A stretch of 64,000 nucleotides of DNA from the human T2T-CHM13v2.0 reference genome, Homo sapiens, in the NCBI RefSeq assembly GCF_009914755.1, contig NC_060942.1; one strand, written 5' to 3'. The translations under genes and the position numbers were made by a program. Every line of letters begins with the position of its first letter. Within the stretch, counting starts at the first letter, position 1. Shown piece by piece: positions 1-19,039 of the stretch. Under the pieces are notes generated by a model. The model had not been told where the DNA came from and did no database searches. It saw nothing but the letters and a program-made list of their open reading frames with translations.

Positions 1-82
1 AGCATCCACTTACTGGGTTCTCAAGACCTGAATAAATCAAGATTCTATTAGCAAAGAAGGAAAAATAGAAAGTTGGCCAGCA

Positions 83-461
<379 letters not shown>

Positions 462-489
462 CTATCTATAAATAGGATTCCCAACAGTA

Positions 490-2139
<1,650 letters not shown>

Positions 2140-2164
2140 TCTGATCTTTATTATCTTTATTTCT

Positions 2165-2300
2165 GTTTTGTTTTTTTGAGACAGAGTCTTGCTGTGTCAC
2201 CAGGCTAGAGTGCAGTGGCGTGATCTCGGCTCACTGCAGACTCCACCTCCTCAGCCTCCCAAAGCGCTGGGATTACAGACATAAGCCACCGCACCTGGCC
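2165..2300 (-). mobile_element. Internally deleted Alu (monomer-length hybrid)
   Basis: Right-arm 3' part joined directly to left-arm 5' part at CCTCCTCAGCCTCCC. Confidence 0.8.
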
Positions 2301-2498
2301 ACCAGGCTTTTTATTACCATCAGTTCTCATGCAAACTAAGAGTGACAATTCGCACAAGTGAGACTGTCACCAAGCCATTTATGAGAGATCTGTCCCCAAG
2401 ACCTAAACACCTCCCACCAGGCCCCATCTCCAACACTAGGGAACCAACTTCAACATGTGACTTGGCAGAGCCAAACAAACTATATCCAAACCACAACA
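2301..2498 (-). mobile_element. MSTB-like MaLR LTR fragment (5' end)
   Basis: Reverse complement begins TGTTGTGGTTTGGATATAGTTTGTTTGG...GGGGCCTGGTGGGAGGTGTTT. Confidence 0.75.
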
Positions 2499-2759
2499 GT
2501 TCCTGAAGGTGAGGTGTAGCATTTGTGTCTTATTTGAGGGATCCTTTATACATTCTGCCCATAGCAGTGTTGTCTGTCTGGGAATTAATTTTCTCAAAAG
2601 GCAGTGACTGTGTCTGTCACATTCACTTTTTGCTGATTCAGCAGTGGTGCTTGAGAACTTCCAGACTGAGTGGAAGGGGTGAGAAAGAAGGGAAGAGCAG
2701 GTCTCATGAGTGCACCAGGGAGCCAGGTACTGAGCAGTTAGGAAGAAAGACAGGTGGTG

Positions 2760-3330
2760 TGTGACAGACTGCCACGGTTACCACTTGAGACTGTCATTAC
2801 CACAGTTACTACTGTTACTACTTGAGACTGTCATTATGACAATTGCTACTCTTACTACTTGAGACCATCATTATGACAATTACTACTGTTACTACTTGAG
2901 ACCGTCATTATGAGACTGAATGAAGGGGGATGAACATAGAAATGAAAACTTAAGACAAAAGAAACTGTTTTAAAGGAAAGGGCCAGGGGAAGAAGAGAGC
3001 TCCCCGCTTCTAGTGAGCAAAGGCAGCAGCCCTGAGCTTCTCCAGCCCTTTGTATTTATTGGGTAGAAAGAACAGGGAGGAGGAGGTGAGACTGGTCAGC
3101 TGCTTAATTGATCACAGGTTCACATTATTGCTAACAGGCTCCAGATGCGTCTAATCCCAAGCAACACTTGTGCCTGGGTTGTGACTGCCCTCAGCATTCC
3201 TTCTGGGCTGCAGATGCAGTTTGTCAGTTTGCCAACATCCTGCTTTCATGAGAACAGTTTGCTGTTTACCCATATGGCCTCCAGTGGTGCACTGAGTTGA
3301 TCACGACCCTCACCCTTTTGGCCTTCAACA
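2760..3330 (-). mobile_element. Solo ERV LTR (LTR47A-like)
   Basis: TG...CA termini, GTGGTG duplicated at 2754-2759 and 3331-3336, AATAAA on the minus strand (~3054-3060); subfamily name from recalled consensus. Confidence 0.75.
2778..2912. repeat. 37-bp tandem repeat, ~3.6 copies, at the 3' end of the LTR
   Basis: Unit TTACTACTTGAGACTGTCATTATGACAATTACTACTG starting at 2778, 2815, 2852 and 2889. Confidence 0.9.
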
Positions 3331-3375
3331 GTGGTGGCCAAGGGACAGACTCTGGCGTCACAGGGTCCACTCACT

Positions 3376-3732
3376 GTGTCTCAGTCTGTTTGGGCTGTTA
3401 TAGCAAAGTACCATAGGCTGGGTGGCTCATTAGCAACAAAACTGTATTTCTCACAGTTCTAGAGGCTGGCAAGTCCACAGTCAAGGCAGATTTGGGGTCT
3501 GTTGAAGACCCATTTTCTGGTTCGTGGATGGTACCTTATTGCTGTGTTCTCACGCAGTGGAAGGGACAGACAAGCAGTCTCTCTTGGGGCCTCTTTTATA
3601 AGGCACTAATTCCATCTATGAGAGCTTCAGCCTCATGACCTTATCTGCTCCCAAATGCCCCATCTCCAAATACCACCACCTTGGGAGTTAGGATTTCAAT
3701 GCTTTGGGTGATGTAAACATTCACACCACAGC
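3376..3732 (-). mobile_element. MLT1A-like MaLR LTR inserted in a degenerate MIR
   Basis: CAGTCTGTTTGGGCTGTTATAGCAAAGTACCATAGGCTGGGTGGC...TTTCTCACAGTTCTAGAGGCTGG typical of antisense MLT1A. Confidence 0.8.
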
Positions 3733-4659
3733 CTTGTGGGACACTGGGCAGGTTACCTTCAGTGCCTCATGTTCATTACCTGTGCAGTGGAGGATCGTAA
3801 CCACACAGGGCGAGAATAAGGCATAAGCAATATCACTAAGGACACCGCCTGGCTAAGAGGTGGCACCAGGAAGTGACTACAGTTTCCATGTTACCTGCAT
3901 GTGTGCCCCAGGAAGGTCCGACTTTTCCTCTTGGTCCACTTGATCGCCTATTAAGTAGTCTACACACTGTTACAATTTGCTAGTAGTACATCAACTACAA
4001 GTTGATGCAATGAAGTTGGCCAAAGGAAAAACGAGGGATCTGGAGTCTGGCTGGATGCCCTTTCCACGGGCTCTTCCCAGAAATGGCTGTGTCTCCCTGC
4101 TCCTGGTCCTCCAGGACCCATCTCCTCCCCATGATCCTCTCATGAGTTGTCTTCAAGAGGAGGTAGCCCTTTGCTATTTGAAACCACACAATTAATGGAG
4201 AATGCTGGAACGTACTCAACACTAAATCTACTTTATAACTTTTTAGTGTCTTTTATCTGGTGTCTCCAACTTCTGTAAAAGGAAAAGAATTTCAGCCCTA
4301 ACCAGAATAGCCTTCAGTTACTGATGGTATCAGTAAACACCGAGGGCTTTGCTTGAGAAGATACAGCCACTTCTGGCCATAAATTCATTTTTCAAAGACC
4401 CCTTGCCTATAATACCTGGGCAAAACCACTCAAGAACAAATGGTATTGTTCACATTAAACAAAAAAGCAAAATTTCCAACAGCACCACCCCTGCTCATGT
4501 CCCACATCTATGGAACCAGTTCTTTACTTTCTGAAGCACAGAGGAGTTTTACTGTCTGGACATACCCAGCAGGAAAGGGTCAATCGTTGGCATTATCTGA
4601 GGAAGTCCATGTTTCCCCTTATATGACACCAATAACCAATTGCTGTCGTGAGAGATTTT

Positions 4660-4820
4660 TCCACATTAACTCACTTAATCCTCATAAGAACCCTATAAGG
4701 TAGGGACTATATTTAGCTCCATTTTATAGGAAAATGCGAGAGGAAAGCTGCATCACTTGCCCGATGTTACACGTCCACTAGACGGTGGTTGGGGGACCCG
4801 GGTTTGGACTGAGCAGCTCC
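4660..4820 (-). mobile_element. MIR SINE fragment
   Basis: ATTAACTCACTTAATCCTCATAAGAACCCTATAAGGTAGG...CCATTTTATAG antisense MIR core. Confidence 0.75.
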
Positions 4821-6479
4821 TGCCTTTGTCATCCATGGCATGCACCCTCTTGCTCGGAGGAGGTCCCCTGCATCAGCCCAATCCTGGCTTGGAAAAGTCT
4901 CAACCTAAAATGAGTGAGAGCAGTTTGAGTATCGTGAGTAAAATTTGGAATAAATTAAAGATTTAATGTTCCCTTATTAACAAAACATAACTAGCTGTGC
5001 TTCAAAAAGAAAAAAAACACTTTTGAATATTGAAAAGGCATTTCTTTTATTTACATAATGATCTATATCCAGATGTACAGGAAACAAATCCCAGGTTATA
5101 ACAATACCTACAGCTCCGAGAAAGATACCTCTTATTATGCTGTATTTCTAATACAACTGATTCTAAATACAATTGATCCTCTTAAATTCCATTTTGAAAT
5201 ATTTTCCCCATCTGCTTGCTTACAATCTATTTTTCAGAAGCAACTGAGTATACATTCGACATAAAACTGAAATATTTACTCAAAATGTCAATGCATACTG
5301 CTCCTGACACATTTATATGAAGGATAATTTCTTGGTGATTGAATAATTTTTAGGACTACTTTTTGAAACATCCCTTGTAAGTAATTTAGACCTAGACTGT
5401 ATTTCCTATAATGTTAAGCACTCAGTAACTGTTAAGAGGCATAAATCAGCTTACTTTGTAAATTAGTTTAAGTGATCGCTGCTCCTAGGAAAAACAGAGA
5501 CTGTTCCCAGTGCCCCTGATGACAGATGGGGGCCAGGATAAGGAGCATCCTGCTCTGTGGACATCTTCTTTTCACTTCTCCCCCTGCATACTTCAAAAAA
5601 TTCCATTGTCGCTTTTTAAATTACACAAAGGACATTCTAGCAGTGTTATGACTGAGGAGTGCATAAGGTAAATATAGGAAAATACAGATCAACAAATTTG
5701 TATAAAAGCATATGTCAACGGCTCCTTCAAATAGGCTCCAAATTGAAGTAGTGGAAGTAACAGTTAACTTTTAGTTGCAAAAGATTAAGAGTCCTGCTCT
5801 CTCTTGTGGCACCTCTCTTCCCATTTCTCTGGAACTTTTTGCTTCAATGTAGCTCCATTTATTGTCATGGTGCTTAGGCTGGGGCACTTTGTTCTGGCCA
5901 TGCAGTTATCTGGGTCTGGATCAGTCCCTTTACTGCAGCCTTTATTGGTACTCAAAGGGTGAGGCTCATAAAAAAACAGGACCAAAGAAATGCAGCCACC
6001 ACAGCTCAGGAGCCAGGCTAAAGCAGGAAATGATAATGATCTCTACCAGGGCTTTCAAGAGCTCAAAGTACTGTAAGAAAATGTGAATCACGGACCGTCT
6101 GAAATGAAGCCCCTCCAAGCCAGGATGGAAAGGAGGTGCCGCCATCTAGGAGAAATGTGTGGAGTAGACGTGGATGAGCAAAGCATCTGGAGTTTTATCA
6201 GCGTCCTTCTTGTTCCCTGGAAAAAAAAAATGTAAACTTTGCACAAAAAACACCATTTATTATTTATTTTTTTCCTTCCCTTCCCTTGGTAGCTTTCTGA
6301 AAAGACCAGAGCTTAATAATTCAATGATCATAAAAATTTCTTCAACTTAATGAGAAATTCAGTTCTTTCCTTGCAGGGCAAAAAATCTCTCACATTCTCA
6401 CATTGTATCATGGCAGGGAACACTGCATCCGTGTGGAGAAACACCATGATCCGCTGAATAAAATCTCTCAGGAAACCTG

Positions 6480-6830
6480 AAGCCACTCACTAGACTGTGC
6501 AAGGCGGATTAAGATCGAGGGCGACATCGCAGTAGAGTCTATATATAGATGCCCACATGATGAAGAGCTCGAGGAAACCTTTTCTGGTCAACTCACCAAA
6601 GCTTTCAGCTACATCTGGTTATGATGGGGCATGAAACTCCTGTTACATTCTGGAAAAACAATTCAGCTGACCACAGACCACCAAGTCGATTTTTGGTCTA
6701 CACTGGAGAGAACTTCCTCCCTTAGAACGTTGGAGGAATCAAACAGAACAAGGTCTGTTGCTCATCTGATCTCTAACAGGGAAGAGATCATGAGAGATTT
6801 AGAAATCAGTCTCTTGGAGGTAGATGGGTT
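6480..6830 (+). mobile_element. CR1/L3 LINE ORF2 relic, APE endonuclease segment
   Basis: Frameshifted translation GDIAVESIYRCPHDEELEETFSGQLTKA / HLVMMGHETPVTFWKNNSADHRPPSRFLVYTGENFLP / LEESNRTRSVAHLISNREEIMRDLEI parallels CR1 GDIVVGVCYRPP...LVLMGDFNHPDICW.NNTA.HKQSRRFL...NFL...EEPTR...LDLILTNREEL. Confidence 0.75.
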
Positions 6831-7439
6831 AGAGGAATGAGTGGCAAAAAAAAAAAGACACAATATATAAAGGGAAGAAAACTGAAATCAGAAAAAGAAA
6901 GAAAAAGAACTTTCAGAAATATATGTTCTATTTAACACAGTGGATTGACCAGATGGATTTTATCTTCTCTTTTACCTAAAGCTCTGCATAATAGTTTTAA
7001 AGATATTATTCATAATAACAAAGAAAACGAGAGGAAAAACAGCAGCCAGTGAGATATTTCAACAAGGTACAGGAGGCAGGAACAGATGAGAGGTGGTAAA
7101 GTACAGGGAACGTGTCTACAGCTGAAGATGTGGACAGGAAGAGGTCGTTTACCACAAGGAGCCCAACAAAAAGGGTCTCCTTCCATAGCTGGGCCACAGG
7201 GGGAGCTCTTGCCCTCCTTCTCCATCTCACAGGGGTGGGGGCGCTCCATGCAGGGGGCCCAGGAAGAGTTTCCTCAGTGCAGGAGCCCCTGACCACCTGC
7301 TCCCAGACAATCAGAAGCCATGGGTGGGCGGCCTTCCCCCGACAGGGGAAATGAATGATGCCCCTAGCCCACAGGCCCTGCCGTGACTCAGTCTGGTTTT
7401 TAGTACCTCGGTCGTCAATGTGAAAGGACAGTCTAGCAC

Positions 7440-8235
7440 CACAAAAGATTTGATTTAAAAAAAATAATGAAAGTTACAAAAATTAACATAGAGGAAGCAG
7501 TCTATAAAGAGAGCAGAAAAAAACTTTTAAAAAATCTATATTAACATCCTTAGGCAAATGCTGCATTCATAAAACAGCAAGATGAACGCACACGTGCACG
7601 CAGACAGAGACTAAATCACAGCTCCTGGAATTTGTAGGAATGACAACTAAAATAAAACAAAATTTCTGGCCAGGCGCAGTGGCTCACGCCTGTAATCCCA
7701 GCACTTTGGGAGGCTGAGGCGGGTGGATTACAAGGTCAAGAGATCGAGATCATCCTGGCCAACATGGGGAAACCCCATCTCTACTAAAAATACAAAAATT
7801 AGCTGGGCGTGGTGGCGGGCACCTGTAGTCCCAGCTACTCAGGAGGCTGAGACAGGAGAATAGCTTGAACCCAGGGGGCAGAGGTTGCAGTGAGCTGAGA
7901 TCGCGACACTGCACTCCAGCATGGCGACAGAGCGAGACTCCGTCTCAAAAAAAAAAAATTCTGTAGAAGGTCTGAAGGATGAAGTCAAGTAAAAGTTCAC
8001 AGAACTAACAAGTGCCCAAATGTAAGAGACCTGCCAAGGACCAGCAGAATGAAAGGAGACATGATCACAGGTCTGTCGTCATGGAATTCCAAGACGCCAT
8101 CATTCAATAGATGATCTTGAGGGCTTTAAAATGGGAACAACAAACAAGCAGCTCCCAGGTGAAAAGGCATTAGAATGGAAGTGAGTTGCTCAGTCGCAGG
8201 GAGGCCGGAAGATGCCGCAGTGCCTTCAATATGGT
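7440..8235 (+). mobile_element. HAL1/old L1 ORF1-like relic interrupted by an Alu
   Basis: Degenerate translation near 8070-8230 (VVMEFQ...ILRAL...GIRME...EAGR..SAF) resembles the L1-family ORF1 C-terminal region. Confidence 0.55.
7668..7958 (+). mobile_element. Alu SINE (AluSc-like)
   Basis: Full dimer, GGTCAAGAGATCGAGA, A tail. Confidence 0.93.
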
Positions 8236-9859
8236 CACTGTGGCCTGTATTGCAGCCTGGGAGACACAGCTGCCCAGGAGTTGATCTTTGTTGAGGCTGC
8301 ATGGTGCGTGTTCACAGGGGTCCATTATGCTACTCTCTCTTTTTTTTATATATGTTTAGAGTTTCAAAAATAGAAATTTTAGGACCTACTGTGAAAACCA
8401 GCCAAAAACAACAAGGCAACAATAGGAGAAAGTGAATGAAGCCAGCGTTGCCGGTACACACAGATGACGTAAATGGATCGGGTCAGTGGTCAACACCAAA
8501 AGAACGGCCTGGAGTAGGGTCTGGCTCTATTGGACATTTTCTTTGATAAAAATAAAAAGTAAATAAACTAGGGAAATGCTAAGTGGAAAGCTATAGTAAA
8601 ACTGTAGTTTTATATCAAACCATAAAACATGAAGGTAAAATAAAGACGTGTAGTCCTGCCAGGCCCTCAGAACCGTGCCCCTCTGCACCCTTCTTAGGAT
8701 GCTACTGAAGGATGCCTACCTTCTGGAGGAGAAGAGGAAGGCCCCAACCCTGGGAAACAGGGTCCCACAGATAACAGTAACAGTGGGAGGGTCCAGGAGT
8801 GACTTCAGCTGCTCATCAGGTCCAGGGAGCGATCAGTCCAGGCTGATCTGCCCCTCCAAACACTCCATCTGCCCCCCGCCCCATCTCCCTTCCCATCTGT
8901 CTACAGGAACACAAAGAGGGGCGAAGATAAGGCAAAGGGATGGGGCTGTGGGTCCTTGGTGCAGTAGACACAGCTATGGCTCCCAATCAGGTGTCTCTCC
9001 CAAAACCAAGTTCATGGGGTGCACACCAAATGGGGACTCACAGTGATTAGAGCTGTTTTCATAGGACAGAGGGGTCCCAATCCCCAGGGAGATGCTGGCC
9101 CAGCCAATCCAGTTGTATTTGGAGGGAGAGACCAGAATGGGGAGGAGGAGCAGGCAGAGGATGTCTGTACCAGCTGCCATCACTGTCTCCACTGTGAGGA
9201 TGGTTCATTTTCCTTCACCAGTTGGCCTCCTTGGGAAGTAGCCAGGAATGGTTGGTGCCTCTTCCAAGAAGGCCTGGCAGCACGAGGGGCTTGTTGCAGC
9301 AAGAGGCTGGGGGTGAACAGCCTCAGGCAGGTGGGGCCCCGCCCTGGAGGGGCTGGGGACAGAGTTGGAACAGGCCATCTGGAGTCAGCTTACCTCTTTA
9401 GGGACACGAACAGGGACACCCCTCACCCGTACACTGCGTACATCCATACTCTGAAGAATTCACGCCATGCCCAGGGGGGACCAGCATCCAGCCCCCTGTA
9501 TTGGTGTGTCACCTGTGTTTGCCACAAGAACGGCAACATCCAAACTTCATCTTCCTGAAGTCACAATTCAGCTAGATCACAAAAACAGGGTCTTCGCGAG
9601 TGGTGCAGCTGTAAGGTGGCAAAGCGTATGAGGACTCCACAGCACAGGAGAAATAACAAACACTCATATACTGCCAGGTCTACTAGGTGAAGGAAAAAGG
9701 TTTTTAAAACTCCCTTTCTGAAAGAGGAAAGCAAAACAACAGAATGTATATATTTTTAATGTTTGAATTAATTATCTTTGCTGAAGAATGCTTCTGTGAA
9801 CATCAAACTTGCATAACCTCCATATAGATGCACGGGTGGAAAAGCAAATTAATAGAGGA

Positions 9860-10230
9860 AGACGAATAACCAAATAATCACTTTGCAAAGGGTGCGTTTG
9901 CTCTGGGGAAGTCTGATGTTTTACACTCCTGGCCATTTTACACATTGGCACACATCAGTCACTGTGGGACACAGGCAGTCACAGGAGAAGTCCCAGAGGA
10001 CAAAGAGAGTCTCCGGAGGATTTTCAAAGGAGACACTGTGGCCATTGTTTAAAAGAGATGACCTAGTACCCAGTTACAGACTCTTCACCTTTGAATCAAT
10101 ACTTGGAAAGATCCTGGAACAAATAATCAGATACTCAATTGGCCATCAACTAGAAGGGTGGAAGATGCTAGGAAGGAACCGGCAAACGTTCCTGAAGGGC
10201 AAATGGAGTCGTGTAACCCAAGGCCCCACT
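9860..10230 (+). mobile_element. CR1/L3 LINE ORF2 relic, N-terminal RT segment
   Basis: TGEVPED at 9981-10001, then PLFKRDDLVPSYRLFTFESILGKILEQIIRYSIGHQLEGWKMLGRNRQTFLKGK, matching CR1 [39 protein letters not shown]...HL....I..SQHGF.KGKSC. Confidence 0.8.
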
Positions 10231-10251
10231 TCAAAGCTTAAGAACACAGGG

Positions 10252-10975
<724 letters not shown>

Positions 10976-11127
10976 TTACCCAATTCCAGAGAGGTTTGCA
11001 AATACTAATCCAACCATATCAACCAAGAGAAGGGAAGGCAAGTTGCAAAGTGAATGCCGGAGAAGAATTACTCCTAGCATTTGTATTATTCTGTTTAATA
11101 ACAGTCACAACAAAAACAAGGGCTAAC

Positions 11128-11300
11128 GTTATTTGAGCTTGCTAATCTGCCAAAAAGTGTCCTAAGCACTTTAATCTTTTAACCCACATAATCAGTATAA
11201 CAACCCTCTGAAGGTGAACTCTTATTATCTGCGTTTTACAAATGATCCAGCTGGGGCCCTGAGAAGTAGAGCAGCTCGTCCAAGACCACACAGCTCAGAA
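11128..11300 (-). mobile_element. MIR SINE fragment
   Basis: CTAAGCACTTT...AACAACCCTCTGAAGGTG...TTTTACAAATGA...CCAAGACCACACAGCT. Confidence 0.7.
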
Positions 11301-11512
11301 GAGAAAACAACATAGTTCGCCAAAACCAAAGAACACAAGGAAACTTTCATGCTTTAATGTTCCTCAAACTCACTCACATGGCATGATGAACTGATAAAGA
11401 TATCCCGCTAAATATAATTAAATGTAACATTTTGTGCTAGATCAAATAGTACATTTGCTTTTACTCATTTCAAGTATAAAAAGCAACAGGTATTAGAGAA
11501 AATTAAAAAGCA

Positions 11513-13532
<2,020 letters not shown>

Positions 13533-13535
<3 letters not shown>

Positions 13536-13600
13536 GTGCCACTGCACTCCAGCCTGGGCCACAGAGTGAGGCTCCAACTCAAAAAAAAAAAAAAAAAAAA
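13533..13600 (+). mobile_element. Alu 3' fragment with A tail
   Basis: ATCGTGCCACTGCACTCCAGCCTGGG...CTC(A)20. Confidence 0.85.
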
Positions 13601-13609
13601 GACAACAGC

Positions 13610-14050
13610 ATTTCTTCCTCTTGAGTTTTCTAAATTACATTTAACAGTTGAAGCAAAACATTATCACTGTCTGATGTGGTTCTTAATGCAAGTAGAAGGA
13701 ATATTTAAGTCAATTAAGGGAGGATAAAGGGACTTTAAAAAGTGACGATTTCTACACTTCACTCAAACTGTGCTGACATTTGCACCGGAAGACGGCGCTG
13801 AGTTACGTATATGTAATATAATACGTACAGCAACCAAAAAACAATGGAGACAAAGAGGTGTACTCAAAAATTTATAGATCAATTAAAATGGAAATCTATA
13901 CAATATTCAAGTAACCCATAGGCAGGCAGGGAAAAAAAAAAGAAGGAAAAGAAAAATAGGAAACAAACAGAAAACAACAAAAAATAACTAAATAAAATGA
14001 CAGACATAAGCCCTAACATATTCATAATTACATTAAATTTAAATGGGTTA
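13610..14050 (+). mobile_element. Old L1M fragment: inter-ORF region and ORF2 start
   Basis: ATGACAGACATAAGCCCTAACATATTCATAATTACATTAAATTTAAATGGGTTA encodes [18 protein letters not shown], similar to the L1 ORF2 N-terminus. Confidence 0.75.
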
Positions 14051-14675
<625 letters not shown>

Positions 14676-15178
14676 TAAACAGCAGAAGTCTTACCAGGAA
14701 AAAGTACAAAGTAAAGAAAAAAGTAAATATTCTGACAAGATTAAGCTGTCCTGGCTGAGTATAAAAGACATACTGATTTAGCATAGAAAGAGTAACTGAC
14801 TGAGCTGAACGCAGCCAGCAATCGAGCTCAGCCCTGGAAAACCTGCCATGACCCAGCAACGGTCTTCAGAGAGTCCGACAGGCACAGCATGAAGAACGAT
14901 GCTTGTTTCTTTCTTTGGCATTACTCAGACTTTTGTTAAAAATGTGTACAGCTTTTGATTTTATACTTTTAAAAAGATGTTGCTCTATTAGTCTAAGATA
15001 AAAAATAATTAATAAGTGGTATAAGAAGGCTAAATAAATTAAGGGGGAATTTAATAATAAGATGGCAGAGAATGCTTGATTGTTTCTTCAAATTAAAGAT
15101 GAATTTATAAAAAGGAGTACTGATTAGTTTTCATGCATCTGTAATAATAAACAATTAAAGCAAGAGCTTTAAGAGGTA

Positions 15179-15544
15179 TGTATAGCACCGTTCTCACACT
15201 GCTATAAAGAACTTCCCAAGACTGGGTAATTTATAAAGGAAAGAGGTTTAATTGACTCACAGTTCTGCATGGCTGAGAAGGTCTCGGGAAACTTACAATC
15301 ATGGCGGAAGGGGAAGCAGGAATCTTTTTCCAAGGTGGCAGGAGAGAGACTAGTGAACAAAGGAGGAACTTCCAAAGACTTTTAAAACCATCAGATCTCA
15401 TGAGAACTCACTCAGTATCACGAGAACAGCATGGGAGAGACTGCCGCCATGATCCAATCACCTCCCACCAGGTCTCTCTCTCAACACCTGGGGGTTAGAA
15501 TTCAAGATGAGCTTTGGGTGGGGACAAAAAGCCTAACCATATCA
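15179..15544 (-). mobile_element. THE1D-like solo LTR
   Basis: TG...CA termini, THE1 motifs, perfect 5-bp TSD AGGTA at 15174-15178 and 15545-15549. Confidence 0.9.
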
Positions 15545-15577
15545 AGGTACTTTCATAAAATTCTCATTTAACTTTAG

Positions 15578-15909
<332 letters not shown>

Positions 15910-16376
15910 GACAGTTCCATAACTTTTATGCAACTCAGACATGACCAGGAATCGCCTGCTTGTATATTCAATGAAGTCATTAACTTGACGGTCCCGGGTT
16001 CACCCACCTTTGCCCACCCAGCATGGCCAGCAATTCACCTGAAGTTTCCTCCCAAAGACTTCTCAGCATCTCTGAGGAAGTGCTCCGGGTTTACTCCGGG
16101 TCAGCTGGCTCCAGCTACCATCTATCTGGCTTCTAAGACAGCTCCTCCTCACGCTGCCGCCAAGACAGTGCCCAGACTGACCAAACTCCCTGCCCCCTGT
16201 TGTGGCTGTGCCGAGTGGTCACAATAACCCCTGTGGTGCTGGACTTCACGCAGAGAGTGGGAAACGCCCTCAGCTCAGCGGCCCTAAAGCTGCTTCACTG
16301 TTCCCGGGGCCTCACAGGCTCTCGGTGAAAGCATTTGCTGATGCATGTGGTAGGATGGGGAAGGGTATTTGGGGCT

Positions 16377-16460
16377 GTGTGTGTGTGTGCCCGCTCACAC
16401 GCACATGTGTACATACATATCTATGTCTATATTTGCATATACACATATATGTATATATAA
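16377..16460. repeat. Mixed (TG)n/(CA)n/(TA)n low-complexity tract
   Basis: Alternating purine-pyrimidine runs. Confidence 0.75.
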
Positions 16461-16466
16461 AAAATA

Positions 16467-16764
<298 letters not shown>

Positions 16765-17862
16765 AGTACTCTGGTAGACATCACCATGTTTCCACCTGCT
16801 CTGGGAACAAGGCGCTCTCACTGATGAGAAGGAGGACTGCTGGATTTGCTGTGTCCTTGGGCCACAAACCTCTCAGCCAAGGAGCCTCCAACCTCCTCCC
16901 CGAGCCGAGCGTGGTCACTGCCTGCTCTTCCTCTAAGCTGCCTCTTCCTGAACTTTTTTTCTGCTCTGGTGAGCAATTCTGACCCATTAAGGCTGGAACA
17001 GGTGTGCAGAGAGAGAGATGGACTTCCCACCAAGGAACACAGGACGTCCCGCTGGAAGCAAGTTCCACTGCAACCGTGGGTCCTTCAGGAGCATGACTGA
17101 GGAAACGAGAAATGCAATGCCATTGAGAAGGCCACTAGGCAGCCCTGCAACCCGAGAAGGAGTCAAGATATTTGAACAAAGCTGGGGAAAGCCAGCTCTT
17201 TGAGGCCTGTCCTAACTTCAGGGGAGTGAAAGAGATTCCAGGGGAGGAATAGAGGCACTGAGCCACAGGGTCTTCACAGAACATGCTTCCGGGAGTGCTG
17301 CTGGTGCTGACAGAGTGACATCCCTGTGCTAACTCAATCATGAGGGTGTTGTTGAGAAAAGCCTCCTACAATTGGCGTATTACTTTTGTCAATCATCATG
17401 TTTCCCTTTTTCCCACAGTTGCCAAAGGACTCAAGGCTAAGTTTCGTATTTTGTTAAAGTAAATTTTGTGTTTTGTATTGAATTTCTGACGTTTATTTTA
17501 GCCCTTTTCTCAATTCATCCTCACACTTTGTCTTTATTGATTTTATTTTTTCCAGTGCCCAGAAGAGGGCAGAGCCTGGACATCCTAGAAAGTGGTCTTC
17601 ATGAGAGAGGATTCCTGCCAATGACTTGGATGTAGCTTTCCAAAGCTGTGTGAAGAAATACAGCTTTGGCGTGACTAATGAGGACAGATGTGGAATTTCT
17701 GCTCCTGAGAAATCTTTAAACACAAATAATATACTATTTTTTGTTCCGTACAAGCTAGAAATTTACCTAAGGACAAGAAGCTAGTCCTGGTAATATCCCG
17801 TGATCCTTTTTAGTTGTAGTTTCCTATGGCTTAGCAATTCATCGGAATATGAAAGTATTCAA

Positions 17863-18155
17863 GGCCAAGATGGTGGCTCACGCCGGTAATGCTAGCACGT
17901 TGAGGGGCCGGGACAGGTGGATCACTTAAGGCCAGGAGTTCAAGACCAGCCTGGGAAATATGGTGAAACCCCATCTCTACTAAAAATACAAAAATCAGCC
18001 GGGAATGGTAGTGCATGCCTGTAATCTCAGCTACTCAGGAGGCTGAGGCACAAGAATTGCTTGAATCCAGGAGGCAGAGGTTACAGTGAGCTGAGATCGC
18101 AGCACTGCACTCCGTCCTGGGTGACAGAGCAAGACTCTATTAAAAAAAAAAAAAA
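17863..18155 (+). mobile_element. AluS SINE
   Basis: Full dimer with TSD AAAGTATTCAA. Confidence 0.92.
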
Positions 18156-18736
18156 GTATTCAAGGGCGTTCATATTGTTAAAGTGATAACATCTCATTTT
18201 TCATAAAAGTTAGATATGATTTAAATCATTAATTTAAGACAGAGTTTTTCTAAATTTTAGACGAGCAATATTAACTAAACATACGCAACACTTATGGTCA
18301 TATAGAAATACAAACACAAGTCTGTTGGCTTTTAAAGAACAAAATGCAAGAACTCCAAATAGACTATGACCACACTTTTGTCTGCTTTTAACACTGCGTG
18401 AAGCTAAACGTCCTGCCACATTTTAGTGTATGTAATGTGTCAAAACCAAGCAGTATCTTACATTAAAACATTATTTGTCAACAATTCATGCTTTTATCAC
18501 ATAATTTTAAAATAAGTAGAACAATAAAAAATAATTAAATGGAGAACATCACTGTTTCCATGGGAAAAGTCAAAATGTGTCTCTATAGATTATACAAATC
18601 ATCAGTGTTTGTGTTAAGATGGAAGGTATAGTACAATCTTCAATGACATACTGACCAAAAAACACCTCTTTAAAAAATTACTTCTTCATGACGTACCATG
18701 CAAAAATGATTATATAACTTTTAAAATTCCCTCAGG

Positions 18737-19039
<303 letters not shown>

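Noticed and set aside
2778-2912. 37-bp repeats as a CRISPR-like array
   Set aside because: Tandem units without spacers, lying inside an LTR.
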